This document shows positions 27,114 through 38,981 of a stretch of DNA of 64,000 nucleotides, one piece after another (positions within the stretch are counted from its first letter, which is position 1; each line of letters opens with the position of its first letter). Source of the stretch: Azolla caroliniana (lineage: Eukaryota > Plantae > Polypodiophyta); NCBI GenBank assembly GCA_043228905.1, contig JBHGNT010000064.1:62001-126000 (forward strand), given 5' to 3'. The notes beneath the pieces were generated by a model that saw only the letters and a list, made by a program, of their open reading frames with translations, had not been told where the DNA came from and did no database searches. The translations under genes and the position numbers were made by a program.

Positions 27114-27969
27114 GCGTGGGTTCGCTGGACAAGGTCCTGGCCCACGGACGTGCCAAGTGTTACCCGGACCCGGACAGTCAGTTTTATCGAACAAGTGGGA
27201 AAGCGTCGAAAACGGAGTCGGTTCGGATCGACTGTTCGGATCAATGACTCAGCAGTGAACGAAGAGAACTAAGTTAGTTAGATAATTTTGTAATTCTTGA
27301 TAGTAAGTAGGAATAGTTCTTGATGAGAAAAGACCTTCGGTATACCTATAAAAGGGAACCGAAGGCATTGTAAGAAAGGTCGTTTATTTAGTAATATAAG
27401 TTTAAGTTAGGAATATCATGTACGGATTTTGTGTTCTTTCTATTGTCTATTTTGTTAAGTGCAATCTTCCTAATTTATAACTAAGTAACGATCACAATAA
27501 TTACTGATTAATATAGTATATTTATGTTCGTAAAACACAATTCCTTGTTAGAACGTTGAGTAGCGACGTTCACTCTTCTGTATCGGTAGTAGTTAGTAAT
27601 TAGCCAATTAACAAAATGTGATGTGCACTTGGTGGACTAGATAGAGGTACGTGAAGAATAAGTGAAGGGAGTAATGGGCATTGAATAGGACGGCTAGAGG
27701 AGTGAGAGTTATGGCCAATGATCTCAAGATCGAGATCAAATATTCTCCTTTGAAAAGGAGAAGGGGGTTTGACCACTCTTGTAATGTGCCTCACCCCTTA
27801 CTACGATAAAAGGGAGTGAGGGGTCACTTTGGAAGGGGTTGCCTATTTTGGGTAAGGGAGGCATACCACTTAGGTCAAGGGTTTCCTATTCGGTTTTAGG
27901 GTTTCAATTAGGTTTTCTTGTAGTCATTGGGTGCGGCCTATGGGGGGCCATGGTTGTAATGCGTGTGGT

Positions 27970-30900
27970 TGTTGTAGGTTTTAGGGTTAGGGTTAAGGAT
28001 GATGAATGATAAAGATAGACATGGTGGTCATGATGAGGATGATGAAGAGCATGATGATGAGAGATCGTATAGAGAAGCATAGAGAAGCATTGCGGGGTGG
28101 GGGATGGTGCCTAGAATGGCTCCACCCCCCTCCCAAGGGGATTCAACGTTGAGGGGAGAGAGAGAGAGAAAGAGGGATGACAAGAGAGAGATTAGGAGAG
28201 AAATGGTTTATTCTTCATTCATTCCCCATAAGGGGTTAAATAGTACAAGAGGGGGTAGTTACAAAGGGGTGTAAGCCCCATAGAGCATTCATACTGGACA
28301 CTCACTCACACCTCATCGTATCCCTCCACATGCACACACGTGTGCATGTGTTCACATACATATCAACTCACAATTACATTTATGTTCCCTACACATATAC
28401 AACATCATCATGATAATATTCGACCCTCGCTCATCACACTTGACTCTCCGTACAACTCGTACGGGGTAACACATATGGCACGCCCGTGGGAAAGTGCGTT
28501 GCACGTCGATCCCACATGCCTTGATGATGATATCTCTTCGACCGGAACTTCCATCGGTCCTTTCAACGATCGATTCCCTCGATCGGAGCGCTTGACTCGA
28601 TCATCTCCATCGGTCAGCGACTTTTCCGCGACACGAACATTCTCATTCTGTCGTCTTACGAACTTTGGTATCCTCTTTCGGGTCCTTAAAAATGTTGTGT
28701 GCATGTATGTTATTCTTTGTTGATTTTGTGAGTTGTCATGGTCGATCACGTCCATTTCTTTAGGTGGATGAGATTTCAAAATTTCATAGGTGCCCTTTGA
28801 TTTTTAAAATTTTCTTATATACCCTCAGGTTTTTACAATTATGTTTGATACCCTCATCTTTCTTCTTTCCTTCTCTTCTTTCCCTCTTCTTTTCCATTTC
28901 TGTTACTACTTCTTTCTTTCTTTCTCGCCTGCTTTCTTCTTCCTCATTCTTTCTTCCCGTTCTTCCTTATTCTTCCGTGTATGCCTTTCTCTCTCTTCTT
29001 TCTGTCTCTTCTTTCTGTTTCTCAGACTACATCATCTTCTTCTTTCTCTTCTTCATTCACCACTGCTATGTCCATTGTCCATTGCTTCCCATCCTTCTAC
29101 TCCCTGTCGTTTCCTGTTTTCTTCTTCCTCTTTCTATTTCTCCATCTTCTTCTATGCCTATCGCTTTCTTGCTTCTCTGTTTCTGTTTCTTCTTATTTTC
29201 TTCGTATTTCTTCCTTTGTTTTGACGCATCCCGTCGGCCTCCTGTTAGGTCTGCGCTTGTGGTGGTTGTCGGCTCTTCCGAGGTCTCTGTCTCTCTATTC
29301 ATCCACTGGTTGTTGTCCGGCCATCCGTTGTCCGATCGTCGTCCCATTCCGGCCGTTGTTTGGCGGTTCTTTGTCCAGCCCGTCTGGCCACTCCGACCAC
29401 TGTTCGGCTATTCTAGATGCTGCGGTCGCTCCTCGGCCACTGTTTGGCCGTCGTGGCCATCTCCGACCGCTGCTGTCGTCCTTGTCCGGCAACCTCCATT
29501 CCGACGCCGTTCGGCCACTACGACCGCTCTTAGGTCGCTCTTCCGTCTCTGTCGGTGTCTGGTCGTCTGTCTATTTCTCTATCTCCGTAGCGCTTTTGGT
29601 ATTGATGTCAACGACCCTTCGGTCCCGGACATTCTGTTCATTTGTCCGGCCCATTCCGGTCAGTCTCTGTTTGTCACCATCGCTTTGTGATTGGCCGCCT
29701 CTATTCGGACGCATATCCCACCGCGACTGTTTGTTCTTTGTCATTGTTTAGTTCGTAGCTCGGTCCGGCGCCATTCAGCCACTCCAACTGCTCTTCGGTC
29801 GCTCTCCGGTCGGAGCTTTTCCGGCTTCACCTCCATCTCTATCTATCTTGGTGCTGTCGACCGCTCTTCCGCTTCTATCCGGTGATACCGGCTTCCCTAT
29901 CGTCCCTGTCCGGTGCCTGTGTGCCTTCTGTCCGGCAATGTTGCCCCATGGTCGCCATTGTTAGTCTCGTCCGGTATTCGACCTAGGGTTTGCTCGTGGT
30001 TTTCTGGTGTCTCTGGTCCTCGATGTCTGGTCTGCTTTTGCATCTCCTTCTCCGTCTTCTATGGCCATTCGATGTGAACCAAGTCTGGTTCTTGCTCCGA
30101 TTCCGGTTTCGACTCTTTCTGCGTTGCTTCGTCTGGAACCATCTCTCGTGCACTCTCAGCACATCCTGCCGGCCTCCGCTCCACACACTGCGTCTTTTCC
30201 ACCGCAGTCTCCTGGTGGGCTTCTCTTACCGGTCGTGCTTGCACCGGTTCTCTTTGCGTCGCTGTTTGTCCAGCCGTGCATCTTGCACCACGCTTCGAAC
30301 ACGCACATTGTCACTAACCGCATTCGGAAACACGTACATGGACACCAATCGCAACCTTACATAAACACCGTTCCATTCATGAATTCTTTCATCGCATTGT
30401 CATTTCCTGTACTCACACAAATATGTCGCTATGGCCTTCGCTATGGCCTTCATCACCGCGTATCATTCTTTGACTCCGTTTCCAAAGGGGGGTCGCCGTA
30501 GTGGTCGCCAAAATGTGTTGTAGGTTTTAGGGTTAGGGTTAAGGATGATGAATGATAAAGATAGACATGGTGGTCATGATGAGGATGATGAAGAGCATGA
30601 TGATGAGAGATCGTATAGAGAAGCATAGAGAAGCATTGCGGGGTGGGGGATGGTGCCTAGAATGGCTCCACCCCCCTCCCAAGGGGATTCAACGTTGAGG
30701 GGAGAGAGAGAGAGAAAGAGGGATGACAAGAGAGAGATTAGGAGAGAAATGGTTTATTCTTCATTCATTCCCCATAAGGGGTTAAATAGTACAAGAGGGG
30801 GTAGTTACAAAGGGGTGTAAGCCCCATAGAGCATTCATACTGGACACTCACTCACACCTCATCGTATCCCTCCACATGCACACACGTGTGCATGTGTTCA

Positions 30901-31017
30901 CATACATATCAACTCACAATTACATTTATGTTCCCTACACATATACAACATCATCATGATAATATTCGACCCTCGCTCATCACACTTGACTCTCCGTACA
31001 ACTCGTACGGGGTAACA
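27970..31017 (-). mobile_element. Non-autonomous LTR element B2 (young), inserted in the 5' LTR of D
   Basis: 502-bp LTRs 27970-28471 and 30516-31017 look identical by eye; TSD GTGGT at 27965-27969 and 31018-31022; no gag/pol. Confidence 0.92.
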
Positions 31018-34000
31018 GTGGTGTTCTTCTTAATACAAACCATTTGTGTATCTTGCCTCCATCATTTTCTCGTTCAATGTTAATGTTTTATTCCTCCTCC
31101 TCTTGAGCTAAGATTCCATTTCTTGTCTTACTCTTTCTCTTCTACTCCCTAGTCCAAGAACCCCGTGGTCCCGCCTCGGATCCTACATGCGCTCGCGGAA
31201 TATCACGACATCTTTGGTGAACCCGACATGAAGAGGCGTCAAGGGAGGACGGAGATGGAAGAAGACTTCGACTTCGCCGAGATAATGGCAAAGATTGTGA
31301 TGGATGCCGAACGGAAGAAGGCGAAGCGAGATGCGGCTCAACAAGCCGTCGAAAGGGTGCTTGGTTGAGTCGGCCGGTTCAACGGGGATGATGCCCCAAA
31401 ATGTTTGGGAGCTTACAATGCCGAAATGATGGAGAGGGGCGTGGATGAGGCGATGCGGCTAGATTTTTTTTGTTGAGTGGCGGCCGTATCGACGCACAAA
31501 GAGGTCAAGGAGCTTCGAGAAGCTCACGAGTCTTGGGAGTCCTTCGAGGGAGCTCTATTGGAGGCGTACGGGTACGAGAAACTGGAGGGGCGAAGTCGGC
31601 AAGAGTTTGATCTATGGGTGGCGTCGGCCAATGGAGGCATTCCGAGAGTTCGAGCGTCGTTTCTCTCGACTCTCGGAGCGGGATTGGAGATCGGTGGGGG
31701 CAGACAAAGTCCTCCTATTTTTGAAGATGGTCCATCAAGAGAAAAGAATGGACCTCCTATTCGAGCTTCAAGATGATTACGGAGCACACGGTCTCACCGA
31801 GGAGTGTTCCGAAGTAGAGTGGGTGTGCCAGCAACATGATGCGAGGCAGTTGGCCACAACACGGCCCGCAAGTGGTGGAGAAGGGAGAGCGGTGAGTGAC
31901 TACACACTACCGATGGAAGAGAGCTCGGCGCGTAATGATATGGAGGAGTGTGACCTAGAAGTGTTGATATGGGAGGCATACGAGAGCATGAAGGCAAAGT
32001 TCGAAGCCAAAGAAGGGCTTATTATGGAGTCGGGCCGCAAACGATCGAAGGATGTGGAGGAAGAAGCCTCCCTCTGCGTGGACGATGGGGCCTATGCGGA
32101 GGCCAGGAGAGCATGCAATGGTGACGACGTGGGAGAGGGTGCGGAGCAAGCGACCCTCTCGTCTTGCGGAAAAGGGACGGCCATAGATGAGGCCAGTGAC
32201 TACGAAGCGGGGAGCGCCACTTCGAGAGTGGGTGGAGGATTCGGGACACGATGGCCCGAAACATCGAGCGGGGAGGAGACGAGCGGTGGTGTCGGGACCT
32301 TACCCACACCGATTCCAGAGACTCCGACGTCCGGCCCGAGAGCCGGTGTGAGACCTAGAGTGACGAACGGTGGCGGCGGGAAGGCGGGCAACCAAGACGA
32401 CGGCAAGGAGATCGAGGAATAGGAGGAGGCAAGCGTAATCGAGGCTTCCGCGATCGGAGACGGGGTAGCCACGAACAACGACATCCGGATAGAGGTGGCT
32501 ACGGACATAATGAGCGGCGGTGCCAGGATCTTACTCGCACCAGTTCTAGAGACTCTGGCATCCGGCCCGAGAGCTGGTATGAGAACTCGAGTGACGGACA
32601 GTGGCGGCGGCAAGGCGGGTGAGGTGACAGAAACAAAGGGGGGGATGCGAGGCTTGGAACGGGCATATACGAAAGGACCGAAGGGGAGGCCGAGAGCGGC
32701 AACAAGGAGAGAACCGACCCAACCCGACTGGAAGGCGAATCGGGAAAGAAATGAAGTGGGGGCTGGTCAACCGGGCCCGAACCGAACAAGAGCCGGCAAG
32801 ACCGGAAGTGTTCGGCTGAACCCTTACTGGCCGGTTACGATTATGGAAGCAAGCCGACCAAACCGGCACAGATCTGTCGGGACCAAGCCGGGAAAGGACC
32901 AAGCCGGTATGATTGGAGGTCGAGGTGTACAAGCCACAACGCACGGTGGGAGCCGGTGAGTGCGAGGAGGTAACTGGGCACGACGACCACGGTTCGGTTG
33001 ACGACCCTCCACACCTATGCTGAGACTCCGGCGGTTGTGGATCAACGTAAGGCCGGAGAGAAGACGGGTAGCGGTGAGGAATCGGTTACCGGAGCGGGTA
33101 TCCGGTGCGGGAAGACGGGCGAGTGGGACCAAGAGGGCCAAACGGAGTTAGAAGGGGTTATGGCAACAAGGGAAGAAGAGACCGACGCAGAGGATGAGTC
33201 TATGACGGATGAGGGGCGTAACACGAAGCATGCATTATGGCCGGCGGAGGGCCAAAGAACGAGCATGCACCTGGAGAAGCGGCAACAAGTGACCGGCAAA
33301 GGCGGACCGATCGAACCTTTGAGAGGCAAGTACGAGACGGAGGACGAAGCGGTGAGGTGCTAGGGTTGACGGATGAACGGCGAGAGCGAAGGATGGTGCG
33401 TAGACGACAAAGGGCTACACACCGGGCAGAGAAAATGCGGTGTCGAGGAAATCCTCGCAGATGCGTAGAAATTGGGCAGGACCACGGGGGTCTTGAACCA
33501 AGGAATCGAGAAGTGAGGAGGTAGAGTCTATGGTTTACGTGAGCCCTGAGACCGCGGTTTACACAGAAAGATTAGCAAAACGAGAGAGATAGTGTAAGAG
33601 GAACGTGCACAGACACAAGCGCAGACAGATATGCTAAGACTAGCTTGCGTTCGGTAGATAAGCTTCTATTAATCAATATATGTGCGTGGCGCTGTGGGTG
33701 ATTACAACCGGATCAGTGCCGATGTTCAAGCGTAGTCAGATACGGAGATGAGTGGGCACACAAAAGGTCGATCCCTTGGTCGGGAGCACTCGGCCATCTG
33801 ACGCGAGCAGGGGAAGCGCCTTCCAGTGGCACGTCGTAGGACTCCTTGTCTTCTTTGTTCTCTGTTTCCCTTTCTCCTCTCTCTAAAATTGACATCCACA
33901 AAAACAGTCGAGGGTCGGCCCTTTTATAGCACAAGGAGTGACCGTTACAGAGGATTCATGGCCTTGTCGCTTTAACTCCCTAAATTCCCCTCCCCCCCCT

Positions 34001-36256
34001 TGATTCTCTCTCCTCGTAACTCTCCCTACTTACGTGATGTTTGAATCCCTATTAATGCTTGAACAACCTAGTACACCTCCTTTTTCCTATGCCTAGCCCT
34101 TACACTATCTAATTCACTAGAGGTGTGCACTCGTGCACACCAGTGCTCCCGCTTGTTTCACATTCTTTCTACCGATGGCCCGGAATCTTCATGACATCCA
34201 CCCCCACTAAACCGCACATACTCCGTTATGTGCCGGGCAACGATTTTAGTGAGGGATTCTGGGCCATCTGCTACTCGCCCTCCCCCTCTGAACTGGTCCT
34301 TTTGGCTCATGGGTTCGGTTCTGCCTCACTCCGCCTTTTGAAGGCCTTTATCCGCTTCCCGGCCACTGGAATCATCATTCGGGTCCCGTCGAGCTTTGCG
34401 AGGTGATAAGTTGTGTTATTCTTGACGCCGATTACCACATATGGCCTGAACCATCGCTTTGTGAACTTACGCGTAGACCTATGCTGGTTTTTGAGGCTGC
34501 TATCTTAGACTAACACCCAATCGCCTTCCTCGATCTTCCTTTGCTGGAGCCGGTGTGTCTGGTCGAACCGGGCCTTGCTCCGGATTCTCACTTCTTTCAC
34601 CCTTGCCGTGGCCCGCTCTACATCTTCTAGCCTTCGCTAGAGTTGCCAGATCCGGGCCGCAAGCAATTCTTCTCGGCTAATTTCGTTGGCCCAATCGATC
34701 GTCGTCCACGAGGCAGTTGTCCGCTCTATTTGCATGATGGGTTTTTGTCCGAACATTAGTTCTGCCGGCATGTACCCTGTCACCGAACTGTGGGTAGTCC
34801 GGTCCGCCCATAGCGCGTAAGGGAGCAACCTAGGCCAATCGCCGACTTGCCCTTCGCACGCGCGTACAATGGCCTTTACAATCGGACTGTGGCCCCGCTC
34901 TATCTTTCCATTTGCCTCCGGGTTGTACGCCGTTGTGAGGGACAGTTTTACACCTAGCCGATCGAACAGTTCTTCGGCCTCTTCCGTGTCTAGCTCTCCT
35001 TGGTCCACCACGATTTTTCCGATGCACCCATATCGGCCTATGACATCTTCTATCAGAAACTTACATATTGCCGCGGTGGTCTTGTTCGTTAGTGCTTGGC
35101 CCTCTACCTGGTTCGTTAGGTCTTCTCTGGCTAGCACCATGTATCGCTTCTAACCCTCTCCCATCGGCATGGTTACTAAGTCTACCATCCATTTGAAGTG
35201 CACGGCCGGGGGGTAGGTTGGGTGCAGCTCGTCGCGGTGTCGAACGACCGAGTGCATTTGGCAGCTTTCGCACGTGGACAGGAAGTCGTGCACGCTCTTA
35301 TACATACCCGACCACCAATATCTCTCCTTTATCTTCTCGAATGTGGCCCATTTGCCCCAATGTCCAAACCAAGGGCTTTCGTGGAACTCCGATATTAGCT
35401 TCTCTTGATCATCTGCCCGCGCTATTACTCGGAGCGGCACGTCGTTTCCCCTTTTTGGGACCTTCCAAATTTTCCCGTTCCATAAGAAGTACTAGTATGC
35501 CGTTTTTCGGAGCCGTCCCGCCTCCTTCCTAGTCATCGCGGGGTCCGCCGTCATTGTTTTTAGAAACCTTCCGATTAGAAGCCACTCCCCGTTGTAGTCG
35601 TCTTTGTCGAACTCGTTTAGGGGCAGAGAGCTTCTCCCTTTTATCCTCATCCTTGCTGATTCGAAGAAATCCGTGCCGACTTCTTCGTTCTCCGATACCA
35701 TGCCATCCTCGTCCTCGAACCTTGCTCTGGAATGCATATCGGCCATGGCGTTGTCTTTACCCGAGATGTGTCGTATCTCTAGGTTCAGGGACTTGATGTA
35801 CGCAATCCACCTAAGCATGGCCAGGTCGGGAGTTGCGCATCCGTAGACCATACCGAGAATCGGCAGGCAGTTTGTTTCTATAATCACTTCTGTTCTCATT
35901 AGATAATCTTTGTCGACCTTAACCGCCGAAACAATACCCCATAGCTCACGCTTGACTTGGGCATATCCTCGTTGTCGCTCACTCAGTACCTTCGCACCGA
36001 ACCGGATACGGAAACGCGTGCCATCTTCGTCATCTTGATTTACGACCCATCCGATCCCGGTTGGGCTGGTGTCCACCATGATGTAGACCGGAGTTCCCGG
36101 TGCGTATTCTGCTTTGCTTAAAGCTGGTGCCGTGGTGAGCGTTCGTTTTAGCCTCCGGACCGCATCGGTATGCTCCTTTTTCCATTCAAATTTCCTGCTC
36201 TTTTTTTGCAAGCCATAGAGTGGTTCGGCGACGCGCACGTAATGAGGGATCCATAT

Positions 36257-37228
36257 TGTTGGGAAACAGGTCCCTCCGGATGGGAAGGGAGAAGAACAGT
36301 GCCAATGAACAAACTCGGCCGAGGCCGAAACCGGATGAGGAGTATTCGGCTACGGAGAGCCGGATGGTGCAGGCCCGGTATGAACCAGATGAGGAGTACC
36401 CGGCTACGGAGAGCCGGATGGTGCAGGCCCGGTATGAACCGGATGAGGAGTACCCGGCTACGGAGAGCCGGATGGTGCAGGCCCGGTATGAACCGGATGA
36501 GGAGTACGCGGCTACGGAGAGCCGGATGGTGCAGGCCCGGTATGAACCGGATGAGGAGTACCCGGCTACGGAGAGCTGGATGGTGCAGGCCCGGTATGAA
36601 CCGGATGAGGAGTACCCGGCTACGGAGAGCCGGATGGTGCAGGCCCGGTATGAACCGGATGAGGAGTACTCGGCTACGGAGAGCCGGATGACACAGACCC
36701 GGTGAAGACCGGATGAGGAATACCCGGCTACGGAGAGCCGGATGGTACAGACCCGGTGAGAACCGGAGGAAGAGACATATTCGTAAATATGTTTCTGAGA
36801 GCCCATTGAGGCTACATTTGTAAATAGCTAAAAAGTCATATTAGTATAAATATGACTTAGGGCAAACTTTTAGAAGTTAGTGTTGTCATTTTCTTGTTGG
36901 TGCAAGAATAGAGAGTGTGCGTAACTGTACAGAGAGAGAGAGAGAGAGAGAAAGAGGTCGTTGCCTCTGTTGTAACCGCCGCCTGTGGCGAAGATCCGTG
37001 AGCACGAGGTCGGTGCCTCAGTGAACTCACTGTTGTACATACTTACATAGTGACAGTTTTGCAGCCTGTGGGCTGCCGTGGTTTTTCCCCTAGTTTGGGG
37101 TTTTCCACGTAAACATCCTGTGTACCATTTCTCTTCTTTGTGTCGCGTTTTATTTCTCGTTTTTTGTGTATGAAAAGAATCTCGGTTGTGGCCGAGCATT
37201 GGACATAAGGAGCCTTGAGTTCTCGTCA
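36257..37228 (+). mobile_element. Solo LTR of Copia family C
   Basis: TG..CA; TSD CATAT on both sides; homologous to the LTR at 38982; interrupts the RT-RH junction of E (FYHI|WIPHY). Confidence 0.9.
36331..36762 (+). repeat. 54-bp tandem repeat x8 in U3 of the Copia C LTR
   Basis: Unit CCGGATGAGGAGTACCCGGCTACGGAGAGCCGGATGGTGCAGGCCCGGTATGAA. Confidence 0.9.
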
Positions 37229-38981
37229 CATATGTGGTAAAAGGCGCATGCTCCTAAGAATCGTCGGACCTCTGTGACGGATCTGCACTCCTCCTTCATT
37301 GCCGAGATGGCCTCTACCTTGGTCGGCGATGGCTTCCGTCCGTACGACCCACATAGATGGCCCACCACTAAGATCTCTGGCTGTCCGAAGGCCGACTTTT
37401 CTCCTGAGAAGGTAAGCCGTGCGCCCTCGAGCCGCTGCAGTATTTTCTCGCAGTCAGAGATATGGTCGGTGACAAACCTTCGGCACCCATCCGCGCCGAT
37501 CGATTCATCCTTGGTGTCCTTCGGACACCCCTTGATAGGGATGTCTTCCAAGAAAGGCATGGTGATGTCCGGAATGCAGTCCCGCAAGACTCTATTCATT
37601 GCATTTACCATGTGTGCCACCGAGTTGGTCCCTCCCTATGGTAGGGTACACATTCGAACTAGGCCGAGAAGGGTTCGCATTGTTGTGATGTCCCTGCTTT
37701 CCATGGCCAGCTGGAACTGGTCGTACCCTGAGTAAAGGCCTCCGACCGAGTATATGGACCTTCTGGCGAAGGCTTTCACGAACTCATCGATCGACGACCC
37801 AACTCCCATATTGCGGATGGTCACCTTGTTGACCGGTTGTAAGTCATGGATGAAGCGCAACGTACCGTTCTTCTTTGGTACCGTAAACCACCGGTTAGAG
37901 TAAGGGGCACTCGATGGTTCGAGGATGCCCAACTCCACCTTCTGCTTAAGAAGCTCCATCAACATGGGCATGTGAGCTCTCGACACTTGAATCGGTTTGA
38001 GGCTCCATGGCACGTGCGGCACGGTAAAGATCACCATTGGTTCAACAATGGTCAGGTCAACGCACCCGATCTCTCTCGGCGAGAATGTGAAGGCTTTCCC
38101 GTGCCTCTCGAGCATCCTTCTGAACCGGTCCTCTTCCGCCGGCAGTAGGAAGCCACCCCCACCGATCTTTAGTGCTCATAGCGTTTTGTCGGTGAAACAG
38201 GGTCCTATGCCGGACGGATCTCGCAAGCTTGGGTCGGTAGCAACCCCCTTTATTCGTTCCTAGTTGCCCTTCGGTAAGGGAGCCACGACGGGCTTCACCT
38301 TCCAGTCCACAGTCTTGTACTTGGTGTCTACTCGGGCAGTCCGATGCGCCCTGGTTTTTCTTTCAAAGTCCGCAATGACTTCATACATGTTGACCGAATT
38401 GACCGGTATGACTCGGTCTTTGCTTAGGCCTTCTTCGACTACCTTCCCGATTTCTCCAAGGGTGTCATCGAATGAGACTGCCTCCACGGCTTCCCCAATT
38501 CCTTCGACGTGACTCAAGGCTCCGCACGCCTTTAAGCGTATCTCGGCCTATTTTCTTTCTCGGCCATTGATGCTGGCTATGGTACATCCCCCGTTGTCGG
38601 AGAACAAAACTTTCCTCCCTATTTTATAGGTGTGGGGAATTTTCTGGCTATCCGAACTATCGCAACCCCATGCCATGATAGCCCTTTCTAAAAATCCGCC
38701 TTGTTGTGGTGTCCTGGTTCCGCTCGTGATTCTTCTGAATGGTAAAAAATTGGACGGAGTGACGACCGTCCTGACTTTTTACCCTCGCATAGGCTGAACC
38801 ATTGTCCAACACTTTCATCTCCATTCTTGCCGTCGTGATGTATGGTTCGCCGAGGATGACCAGGTGGGAGGACGTCTCTTGCACGAAAAAGTGTTGGTTT
38901 ATATCGACGTCTCCGACGCTCACCCTGACGTTCGGGCAAGGTCCGTGTAGTTCTTCCATGGCCCTTGTAGCCGCGCGTATC

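Larger units (their letters stand above)
19304..27613 (+). mobile_element. Near-complete non-chromovirus Ty3/gypsy element F (Athila/Phygy/Selgy-like: no chromodomain, no extra archaeal RNase H) with an additional 3' ORF
   Basis: 456-bp LTRs 19304-19759 and 27158-27613 (about 10 differences by eye); TSD AAATG; PBS TGGCACGCCCGGT at 19771; domain order gag-PR-RT-RH-INT. Confidence 0.93.

Noticed and set aside
36170-36806. 18-aa repeat ORFs in several frames, superficially a repeat protein or CRISPR-like array
   Set aside because: They result from a 54-bp tandem repeat in an LTR; units are contiguous with no unique spacers.
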